From: Candidatus Saccharimonadota bacterium
GTDB lineage: Bacteria > Patescibacteriota > Saccharimonadia > Saccharimonadales > JACDBH01
DNA: 64,000 nucleotides
Assembly: GCA_013694995.1 (NCBI GenBank)
Contig: JACDBH010000001.1
Span: 66,145 to 130,144 of the forward strand
Direction of reading: 5' to 3'
Part shown: piece by piece, positions 27,926 through 34,949 of the stretch
How positions within the stretch are numbered: the stretch's first letter is position 1
How the letters are laid out: every line of letters starts with the position of its first letter
The notes under the pieces: generated by a model
What the model was told of the DNA's origin: nothing
Databases searched by the model: none
What the model saw: the letters and a program-made list of their open reading frames with translations, nothing else
Made by a program: the position numbers and the translations under genes

Positions 27926-29020
27926 ATGATAAGAGTAATTATGAAAAGCCCCATGAGGAGTAATGCGCTAAAAGAAAAGGGATTTATATCCATTTTTACA
28001 GCCATGATTATTATGGGCATTTTGACGCTTCTAGTAATCGGGTTTTCGTTTGCGACTCGCCAGGCTCAGCGCCGTACACTTGATGATCTTCTTAGTCTCC
28101 AGGCTTTTTATGCAGCGGAATCAGGAGTGAATGAAGCAATCGCTGCTTTAAAAATCACACCTAACGAGTCTAAAGACACATGCGACGGAAGTGGTAGTTT
28201 CAACCCAGGATCATTTTCTTATAATGTCGATAACTCAATTGGGCTAAGCTATACATGTCTACTTGTAGACAGCACGGTGGATGATTACGTTAAGGACGAG
28301 ATACCAGTTGTGTCTACCTATAACTCTAACCCCATAGTTATACCGGTTAATACGCCTGCCAACATTACTAATATCGACTTTGCATGGGGTAGTACGGATT
28401 CGTCGGCTACTGCCCGAAACAATGTATTCTCGTCAAATAGTCCACAGTTGCCACCAGCATCTGTTTGGGGTAGCAATATAGGCATGCTCCGTATTGATTT
28501 GGTACCGGCGACTAACCTTGCTCGTGCCAACTTGACCGAAGGCTCATACACATTCTTTTTGTATCCTACCAGTAATACGGGTGCGGCCTATCCTCCTAAT
28601 AATAACGTAGCTGTCTTGAATGGACCATATCAAAGAGGTGGCACGTTAGTAACGCGTTGTACTTCAGCGCTTCCATACCCCTGCAGAGGAACAGTCAATC
28701 TTTTAGGAGCGCCAGCTGGCTCTAGCTATTATATGCGCATACAGGCTTACTACAACTCGGTAAAGTTCAGAATGTCCCCACGTATGGAATTGAGGGGATT
28801 ACAAGCTGTCGTGGACTCAACTGGTAAAGCAAACGATATATTTAGACGAATCCAAGTCCGAGTACCTTTGTATGATATACCCGGGCATGAGCCATTTGGT
28901 TTATCAGTAGCTGACTCTATATGTAAACGATTGGTTGCCGCCCCGCCAGTAGGAGGCGTAGGAGGCACGGCAATTTTGGCTCCTGCATTTATGCCAGCTG
29001 GGTCTTGTAATATAGATTAG
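27926..29020 (+). CDS. PilX-like pilus-associated protein (prepilin-like N-terminus without Glu+5)
   Basis: 364 aa. ...KEKG|FISIFTAMIIMGILTLLVIGF followed by LQAFYAAESGVNEAIAAL, as in the PilX N-terminal domain. Last gene of the pilus operon. Confidence 0.55.
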   Translation: MIRVIMKSPMRSNALKEKGFISIFTAMIIMGILTLLVIGFSFATRQAQRRTLDDLLSLQAFYAAESGVNEAIAALKITPNESKDTCDGSGSFNPGSFSYNVDNSIGLSYTCLLVDSTVDDYVKDEIPVVSTYNSNPIVIPVNTPANITNIDFAWGSTDSSATARNNVFSSNSPQLPPASVWGSNIGMLRIDLVPATNLARANLTEGSYTFFLYPTSNTGAAYPPNNNVAVLNGPYQRGGTLVTRCTSALPYPCRGTVNLLGAPAGSSYYMRIQAYYNSVKFRMSPRMELRGLQAVVDSTGKANDIFRRIQVRVPLYDIPGHEPFGLSVADSICKRLVAAPPVGGVGGTAILAPAFMPAGSCNID

Positions 29021-29937
29021 TTCTTGGTTTTACCGTGGAACTGTTCGTGTACTTTCTTGAGGTGCGGGTCGGTGACATGGGTGTATATTTGGGTTGTAGC
29101 AATGTTACTATGGCCCAGCATGGCTTGAACGGACCTAAGGTCTGCGCCGTTCATCAACAGATCAGTAGCAAAGCTGTGCCTCAGCGTATGCGGGCTGACA
29201 TGCTTGGTTATGCCTGCAAGCAGGGCATAACGGGCAACGAGTCTTTGGACGCTGCGAGCCGTCAGGCGGTAGAAATTACCGTCTAAACTTACTTTTTTAG
29301 CTCCGCTCATGCGCATAAATAGCGGTTTAGAGTTATCCTGCCGCCTAGATATTAACTTTTCAAGCCAATCTGCGGCTTCTTGGCTAATAAAAATCGGCCG
29401 GTCTTTTTGTCCCTTGCCGCGAACCATGAATTCTTTGCGTTTTAAATTAACATGATCCCGGTCAAGTCCGACCAACTCTGATACACGTAGGCCACTCGAG
29501 AAAAGCAACTCCAATATTGCCCGGTCCCTAAGCCCTGTTAATAAGCTAGTGTCAGGTTGGGCAAATAAGCGGTCTAACTCTTCGGGATTTAAGAATGTAA
29601 CTTGTTTGCGGACAACCTTAGCCAGCTCGACTTTATCGGGTGCAAGGGCAGGGATGTCGCGTTTGACGCAGTACTTTAAAAAACTGCGTAGGGCGATAAG
29701 GTGATAATTCTGCGTGTTCTTCTGTAGTTCGTCCGATACATTGGTCCCAAGCCGATTAAGCCATAGCCGCCATTTTCTAAGTAGTTCAGAATCGATCTGA
29801 GAGATTTTTATATCGTCACCGGCAAAGTCCAGTAGTCGAGTAAGGTAGTGGTCGTAGTTCTGGATAGTCTTTTGAGAGCGGTTTTGCTCTATTTCCAGGT
29901 ATTCCAAAAAGTCCGTCTTAAGTTTGCTTACAAGCAT
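29017..29937 (-). CDS. xerC: tyrosine recombinase XerC/XerD-like
   Basis: 306 aa. N-terminal SAM-like domain. C-terminal catalytic residues in ...GLRVSELVGL..., HTLRHSFATDLL, LGHSNIATTQIYTHV. Confidence 0.85.
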   Translation of the reverse strand: MLVSKLKTDFLEYLEIEQNRSQKTIQNYDHYLTRLLDFAGDDIKISQIDSELLRKWRLWLNRLGTNVSDELQKNTQNYHLIALRSFLKYCVKRDIPALAPDKVELAKVVRKQVTFLNPEELDRLFAQPDTSLLTGLRDRAILELLFSSGLRVSELVGLDRDHVNLKRKEFMVRGKGQKDRPIFISQEAADWLEKLISRRQDNSKPLFMRMSGAKKVSLDGNFYRLTARSVQRLVARYALLAGITKHVSPHTLRHSFATDLLMNGADLRSVQAMLGHSNIATTQIYTHVTDPHLKKVHEQFHGKTKN

Positions 29938-29939
29938 AC

Positions 29940-30248
29940 CTAGTAGTAGACTTTCTGCAGGATTAAATCAGTTGACAATTGTTCTCTTAGCATACGGCGT
30001 AAAGCTCTTTTACCTGCCGAAGATTTAAGGTAATGTTCACGGCGACGAGCATCATCTTCGTTTAGGTGTGCTTCATAATATAATAGTTCCCAGGGGATAT
30101 AAGGCTTGGTGGAGCGATTTAATCCTTTATTATGTACTGTTAAGCGCTTTTTTAAGTCATGCGTAAAGCCTACATATAGATTTCCATTTATAGTAGAACG
30201 CAAAAGATATACGTAATAGAACATTGCAGAAAGCTCACTACTAGGCAT
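29940..30248 (-). CDS. GIY-YIG nuclease-domain protein (UPF0213-like)
   Basis: 102 aa. FYYVYLLRSTINGNLYVGFTHDLKKRLTVHN...REHYLKS is the GIY-YIG pattern. Confidence 0.75.
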   Translation of the reverse strand: MPSSELSAMFYYVYLLRSTINGNLYVGFTHDLKKRLTVHNKGLNRSTKPYIPWELLYYEAHLNEDDARRREHYLKSSAGKRALRRMLREQLSTDLILQKVYY

Positions 30249-30377
30249 AATCTTATTCTAAAGCATAGCTAACAGATGTAAAGCTGAGTAATATAAGTGT
30301 TCAATCCCGTATCTGTTAGAGTTATGAAAAACTGCTTTTATCTGGTACAATGACTCTTAAGTTAAACGGGAAACAAG

Positions 30378-30890
30378 ATGGAACGCACTCTGATAATATT
30401 GAAACCCGATGCTGTTAAAAGAGGCATTATTGGTGATATACTTTCACGCTTTGAACGTGTAGGCCTAAAAATTGTCGGTGCCAAGATGCTGAGACCCGAT
30501 CAAGAGCACTATCACCATCACTATGAAGGCATAAGCAAAATGGTCTCACGGCGCGGCCAGAAAGCTTTTGATGTTACTTTAGAAATGATGCAAGAAGGAC
30601 CCGTTATCGTCATGGTGCTAGAAGGCATAGAGGCAGTGTCTCTTGTACGTAAAATGGTAGGCACTACCGAACCTAAATCCGCACAGCCCGGTACCATACG
30701 GGGCGACTACGCACACATCAGCTTTGTACATGCCGATAAGGAGAGCATCGGCACACCCAATATTATTCACGCCTCAGGCGATGAAAAGGAAGCAGAAGCA
30801 GAGATCGCCCACTGGTTCAGCGATAGCGAACTTTTCGACTATGAAACCGTCTACGAAGTCTACACTCTAGCAAAATCGCGTAAAAAGTAA
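30378..30890 (+). CDS. ndk: nucleoside diphosphate kinase
   Basis: MERTLIILKPDAVKRGIIGDILSRFERVGLKIVGAKM...GTIRGDYA...NIIHASGD (active-site His). Confidence 0.9.
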   Translation: MERTLIILKPDAVKRGIIGDILSRFERVGLKIVGAKMLRPDQEHYHHHYEGISKMVSRRGQKAFDVTLEMMQEGPVIVMVLEGIEAVSLVRKMVGTTEPKSAQPGTIRGDYAHISFVHADKESIGTPNIIHASGDEKEAEAEIAHWFSDSELFDYETVYEVYTLAKSRKK

Positions 30891-30942
30891 TAAGTCATTC
30901 GCTAAATTACAGTTTTACGGTGTAAAATAGCTGTGTTGACGA

Positions 30943-31017
30943 GCCCCTGTAGTTCAATGGATAAAATAACTCCGTCCTAAGGAGAAGCTCTAGGTTCGAA
31001 TCCTGGCAGGGGCACCA
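30943..31017 (+). tRNA. tRNA-Arg (anticodon CCT), CCA encoded
   Basis: Acceptor GCCCCTG/CAGGGGC, T-arm CTAGG-TTCGAAT-CCTGG, anticodon loop gTCCTAa. The D-stem is weak (3 bp + mismatch), and there is one A-A mismatch at the top of the anticodon stem. Confidence 0.75.
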
Positions 31018-31160
31018 ACTTTTAAAAATGAGCAACGAAGCTGGTTATTAAAAGTTGGTCCGCAGGATTCGAACCGGTAGGCATGTGTAGCCAGTGGCTG
31101 CACATGTTTTCTATGCTTGCCTCAGCGAATGGATTAATCCATGAGCGCATAGATGACATG

Positions 31161-31181
31161 CGAATCCTGGCAGGGGCACCA
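31161..31181 (+). repeat. exact 21-nt duplicate of the tRNA-Arg 3' end
   Basis: CGAATCCTGGCAGGGGCACCA at 30997-31017 recurs at 31161-31181. The intervening 143 nt contain an inverted T-arm-like GGATTCGAACC (31066-31076) and a CATGTG...CACATG hairpin. Confidence 0.85.
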
Positions 31182-31229
31182 TCATATTGCATTCTGGTAC
31201 CCATAAAGCAAAACCTATACAATACTCTT

Positions 31230-31790
31230 ATGGCAAAACCCGGCCCTGTACAGTACTTTAAGGAACAATTCGAAGACGAAGAGGTATTGCTGGTATTCCG
31301 TAAACACCCGGTTGTCATGCGGCGCGGGCTTATCTATTCTTCAGTTGCAATTCTTTTGGGCACAGTACCATCACTTATCAAACCTGAATTCAGCTGGTTT
31401 TTTGGAGGGCTAGGAGCAGGCTTTTTACTTGCTATAATAGTATTTTTCCCTTTCTGGGTCAGCTGGTACTACAGCGTGTACATTATAACCAACCAGCGCA
31501 TGATTCAAATTACGCAAAAGGGAATGTTCCACCGTAGTATGGTTGGGCTGGGCCTTAATCAGATTCAAATGGTAAATTACGAAATCGGTGGCTTCCAGGA
31601 GACACTGCTGGGGTTTGGTACAATAATGATACAGACTTTCGTCGGGAGCCTAACTATTCATGAAGTACATCATCCGGCAAAGATCCAGAAGGAACTACTA
31701 CATATATTAAGGGACTTAGGAATTGATGCTAGTACGTCTCCAATGGGAGCGGTCGAAGCTGCAAATGGAGCATTAGAGGAAACAGAATGA
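31230..31790 (+). CDS. membrane protein with bacterial PH domain (YdbS/YdbT-like)
   Basis: ATG 31230 (MAKPGPVQYFKEQFEDEEVLLVFRKHP), two TMs, then ITNQRMIQITQKG. The track extension to 31083 crosses the tRNA-derived repeat. Confidence 0.65.
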   Translation: MAKPGPVQYFKEQFEDEEVLLVFRKHPVVMRRGLIYSSVAILLGTVPSLIKPEFSWFFGGLGAGFLLAIIVFFPFWVSWYYSVYIITNQRMIQITQKGMFHRSMVGLGLNQIQMVNYEIGGFQETLLGFGTIMIQTFVGSLTIHEVHHPAKIQKELLHILRDLGIDASTSPMGAVEAANGALEETE

Positions 31791-32860
31791 AAAAACGTTT
31801 GAAAAAATTACGAGATGCGGCCGGTATGCCCTTTAGGAAATTGCGCCGCAAGGACAAAGATGTCTTAGAAAACACAAAAGTCTCCATGATTACCAATGAC
31901 ACTATAGCTGAGCACCGTGAGGAAGTCTTGGCAGGTGCTCGTAAGTATATTTATCCGCTGCAACACTCGAAGCATCGCATAGTAATACTTTCATCTGTCA
32001 TTTTTGCAGTAACTGTCATTGCTTTTTCGGTTTATTCGCTGCTTTCATTGTACCGTTTTCAGACAACGTCAACATTTATGTACCGGGTGACTCAGGTTAT
32101 TCCTTTTCCGGTCGCAAAAGTTGACAATAAGTTTGTAACCTATGAGAATTATTTGTTCGAACTTCGCCATTACATACATTACTATCGTACTCAACAAAAG
32201 CTTAGTTTTGACACCGATGAGGGCAAACAAGAACTAAAAGACTTTAAAAAACAGGCCATGGACCGGGTTATAAATGACACATTTGTTAAACAACTAGCTG
32301 AAAAAAACGGCGTGCAAGTTACAAATCAGGAAGTAGACCGCGAAATAGCAGTGTTAAGGCAGCAGAACAGGCTAGGTACCAACGATAAAGTTTTCGAGGA
32401 TGTGCTCAGAGATTTCTGGGGTTGGTCACTTAGTGATTTCCGGCGCTCAGTACGTCAGCAACTACTGGCTCGGAAAATAGTCAGCAAGCTGGATAATAGC
32501 GCGCACGATCGGGCGGAAGCGGCGCTGTCGGCCACAAGGGCAGGGAGAGAATTCGCGGATGTAGCAAAAGAATATTCGGATGATACTTCAACCAAGGAAA
32601 CAGGGGGGGATTACGGGATTGTCATAGATGAATCAAGCCGCGACGTTGCCGCAAAAGTAACTGAGGTTATTTTCAATCAGGAGGCAGGGAAAGTGTCGGA
32701 GATTATTGATACCGGCTACTCACTGGAAATTATTAAGACATTGTCATTCGAAGGTGATAAGGCCCGCGCCGCTCACATCCAGATTAATTTCAAGGACATA
32801 AGTGAATACATCATGCCTCTTCAAGAAGCCCAGACGCCACGGTATTGTTTAAAAGTATAG
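31787..32860 (+). CDS. PpiC/parvulin-type peptidyl-prolyl isomerase (PrsA/SurA-like), membrane-anchored
   Basis: 357 aa. N-terminal TM (IVILSSVIFAVTVIAFSVY), SurA-N-like helical part, parvulin core REFADVAKEYSDDTSTKETGGDYGIV. Confidence 0.7.
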   Translation: MKKRLKKLRDAAGMPFRKLRRKDKDVLENTKVSMITNDTIAEHREEVLAGARKYIYPLQHSKHRIVILSSVIFAVTVIAFSVYSLLSLYRFQTTSTFMYRVTQVIPFPVAKVDNKFVTYENYLFELRHYIHYYRTQQKLSFDTDEGKQELKDFKKQAMDRVINDTFVKQLAEKNGVQVTNQEVDREIAVLRQQNRLGTNDKVFEDVLRDFWGWSLSDFRRSVRQQLLARKIVSKLDNSAHDRAEAALSATRAGREFADVAKEYSDDTSTKETGGDYGIVIDESSRDVAAKVTEVIFNQEAGKVSEIIDTGYSLEIIKTLSFEGDKARAAHIQINFKDISEYIMPLQEAQTPRYCLKV

Positions 32861-32958
32861 TAATCTTCCCGGTAAGAAAATGATTTCTGGTGGTTAAACG
32901 CCTGACAGATGAGGATTAATCGCTTAGTTTTGCTATCCATAACGGACAAAGTCTGGAA

Positions 32959-33288
32959 CTATTTTTGTCTAATTATTTCCAGCAAGCCACGAGCTGCTTC
33001 TAATGCATTAGGCTGAACGTCGGGACTTTGCTCAAGCAATTCAAGACTCATAACTATGTCTGCCTTGCTACGTTCTATTTCGCCGCCCTTTAGATATATA
33101 ACCAGGTCTTTTTGATCTTCACCCGTTGAGAGTTGACTGTGCACATCAAGAAAAGTAGTTAATTGGCTTTCAGCTTTAGTATTTATTCCAGTCGAAGATA
33201 GAGCATCGCGAGCCGTAGCTATTTGTAGCCTACCTTGAAGAAACAACTCATCTGGACCAAGTTCTCGCATAATAAAAACACTATACAA
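32959..33288 (-). CDS. hypothetical protein
   Basis: 109-aa ORF (alternative start 33270, MRELGPDE). No motif recognised. Confidence 0.45.
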   Translation of the reverse strand: MYSVFIMRELGPDELFLQGRLQIATARDALSSTGINTKAESQLTTFLDVHSQLSTGEDQKDLVIYLKGGEIERSKADIVMSLELLEQSPDVQPNALEAARGLLEIIRQK

Positions 33289-33312
33289 TTATATCTGTAT
33301 AGTGTAAATATC

Positions 33313-33389
33313 TGGCGGGGCCGACCGGATTCGAACCGGCGATCTCCTCCGTGACAGGGAGGCATGTTAGGCCTCTACACCACGGCCCC
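33313..33389 (-). tRNA. tRNA-Asp (anticodon GTC), CCA encoded
   Basis: The minus strand reads GGGGCCGTGGTGTAGAGGCCTAACATGCCTCCCTGTCACGGAGGAGATCGCCGGTTCGAATCCGGTCGGCCCCGCCA, a clean cloverleaf. Confidence 0.92.
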
Positions 33390-33452
33390 TCGTCGGATGT
33401 TGCGCCATTACCTCGTTTTGCCCTAAAGTGCAAAAGCTTCGGCTTATGGCTT

Positions 33453-33620
33453 GCATCCTCCTCTCGAATTTGCTATTCCTCTAGCAAATTCGGAAAGACA
33501 TCTAAACATGGAACTTGGTCGGTTCCTCCTCTCGGTTTCAAGAATCCTCTCTTGAAACCGGAAAGACCAACAGACCAAGCCGTCTCCTCTCAGTTGCCCG
33601 AACGGCCGGCAAGTGGTCTG
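33453..33620 (-). repeat. array of conserved-architecture hairpin units upstream of tRNA-Asp (candidate ncRNA or processed leader)
   Basis: Minus-strand units: TGTCTTTC-CGAATTTGCTA-GAGGAA-TAGCAAATTCG-AGAGGAGGATGC (33500-33453) and TGGTCTTTC-CGGTTTCAAGA-GAGGAT-TCTTGAAACCG-AGAGGAGGAACC (33569-33521). A degenerate third unit sits at 33620-33580. Confidence 0.6.
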
Positions 33621-33867
33621 GTTCGATCAACTGGGTTAGCTTCAAAGAACAAAAAAGCTTGGAACGCTATGTCCAAGCAAATACGCCTGTCACTACGTTT
33701 CAAATAATTCTATCAGAACAGGGGTAATAACGCAAATACCCGTAATACCTAATTGCAAAACCAGCGTTTAGCACAGAAAATATTGCTTAATCAATTTATT
33801 GCAAAGAGTACAAACCGCTAAAATCTGAAGGACTCTGGTATAATTGCCCCTGTTCATTACGTGATAC

Positions 33868-33943
33868 GCCGGAGTAACTCAGTTGGTAGAGTAGCTGTTT
33901 CGTAAATAGCAAGTCGTGGGTTCGAGTCCCATCTCCGGCTCCA
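33868..33943 (+). tRNA. tRNA-Thr (anticodon CGT), CCA encoded
   Basis: GCCGGAG...CTCCGGC-T-CCA acceptor, D-arm CTCAGTTGGTAGAG, anticodon loop TTCGTAA, T-arm GTGGGTTCGAGTCCCAT. An extended -10 (TGGTATAAT) lies at ~33838. Confidence 0.92.
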
Positions 33944-33947
33944 GGTT

Positions 33948-33998
33948 TGTCTTTGCCGGCTTTGCGAGAGGATTCGCAAAAGCCGAATAGCGAAGAGA
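33948..33998 (+). repeat. fourth hairpin unit of the same family, plus orientation, just after tRNA-Thr
   Basis: TGTCTTTGC-CGGCTTTGCGA-GAGGAT-TCGCAAAAGCCG-AATAGCGAAGAGACC. It has the same flank, stem length and loop as the minus-strand units, with an unrelated stem sequence. Confidence 0.6.
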
Positions 33999-34032
33999 CC
34001 TTAGCTCAGTAACCTAACCATTACGCCTCGAC

Positions 34033-34085
34033 GCGGGTATCGTATAACGGCTATTATCATCCTTCCAGAAGGATAAAACGAGGGT
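34033..34085 (+). pseudogene. partial tRNA-Gly copy (positions ~1-53 only)
   Basis: GCGGGTATCGTATAACGGCTATTAT is identical to the first 25 nt of the intact tRNA-Gly. The anticodon region is altered (ttccagaa, 8-nt loop). Similarity stops inside the T-arm (..ACGAGGGT|gagaag). Confidence 0.7.
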
Positions 34086-34227
34086 GAGAAGTGCCAGCGG
34101 CACTTCGCAAGGCCGGAAGCCCTGCGTGGCTTGGCAGCCACCAGAGCTGAGGCGGGGTCGCAAAATTTTTCTGATAGAAAAATATCTGTGACCGACTCGG
34201 AGTCGAACCAGGTATAAACTTTAACGC

Positions 34228-34302
34228 GCGGGTATCGTATAACGGCTATTATGTATCCTTCCCAAGGATAAAACGAGGGTTCGACTCCCTCTACCCGCAC
34301 CA
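34228..34302 (+). tRNA. tRNA-Gly (anticodon CCC), CCA encoded
   Basis: GCGGGTA...TACCCGC-A-CCA acceptor, anticodon arm TATCC-TTCCCAA-GGATA, T-arm GAGGG-TTCGACT-CCCTC. The D-stem is weak (G-T, T-A, A-T, T-T). Confidence 0.8.
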
Positions 34303-34465
34303 TATAATACTATCCAGCTTGTTTGGGTAGTATTATATGTCTGAGTTAGAGAAAGCCAACTGCTTGGCTTTCGTAGGGAGTCGAACAGCCGGAGCCATGT
34401 CTGAGTTTGCTCCTTAAAGGAGCAAGGCGAAGACGGCGAGGCGGGCCAGCAAGCATTTTTCGTCA

Positions 34466-34508
34466 GATAAAATGACTTGTGGGTCGAACTCTCCCTCTAC
34501 CCGCACCA
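34466..34508 (+). pseudogene. degenerate 3' partial tRNA-Gly copy
   Basis: GATAAAATGACTTGTGGGTCGAACTCTCCCTCTACCCGCACCA versus GATAAAACGAGGGTTCGACTCCCTCTACCCGCACCA in the intact gene. The T-arm no longer pairs. Confidence 0.65.
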
Positions 34509-34592
34509 GTAGAGAGCAAAAATGGGTCGCTTGTGGTTAATAATATTGTTCGCTTCAACACCCAGGGTCAGCTATAATGAGAACTAATTCTT

Positions 34593-34949
34593 ATGACAAT
34601 TCCAAGCAGATATTTTCATAACCGTTCGGTGTTGTTGCTGCTCATTATTAACAGCATCCTGCTGGTGATAGGCGTGCTACTGATACTCTTTAGGTTGGAT
34701 TCCGATACAACCACAAGTTATATCCTAGAATACCGAGCGAATCTGGTTATAGGAGACTACAAAATAGGCTCGAGCCTGGATATGGCCGGCTTTATATTTT
34801 TCATGTTAATTAACTTCTTTTTATCAATAATCTTAAGCCTTAGGACATTCGGGTTGCGTAAACATGTGGCAGTCATGATTTTAGGGATCTCCAGTCTTAT
34901 CACGCTATTAACTATAATTGTTAGCAATGCTTTGATGGCTCTGAGATGA
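34593..34949 (+). CDS. hypothetical multi-pass membrane protein
   Basis: 118 aa with three or four hydrophobic helices. 4-nt overlap with the downstream GT2 gene. Confidence 0.55.
   Translation: MTIPSRYFHNRSVLLLLIINSILLVIGVLLILFRLDSDTTTSYILEYRANLVIGDYKIGSSLDMAGFIFFMLINFFLSIILSLRTFGLRKHVAVMILGISSLITLLTIIVSNALMALR

Noticed and set aside
33351-33727. 118-aa and 70-aa plus-strand ORFs between tRNA-Asp and tRNA-Thr
   Set aside because: The first starts inside the tRNA-Asp gene. Both run through the hairpin-unit array. There is no RBS, and the composition is implausible (S/P/L/R-rich).
34001-34303. 100-aa minus-strand ORF
   Set aside because: It lies entirely over the tRNA-Gly gene and its partial copy. 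Its internal repeat (VIRYPR...IIAVIRYPRR) simply mirrors the duplicated tRNA sequence.
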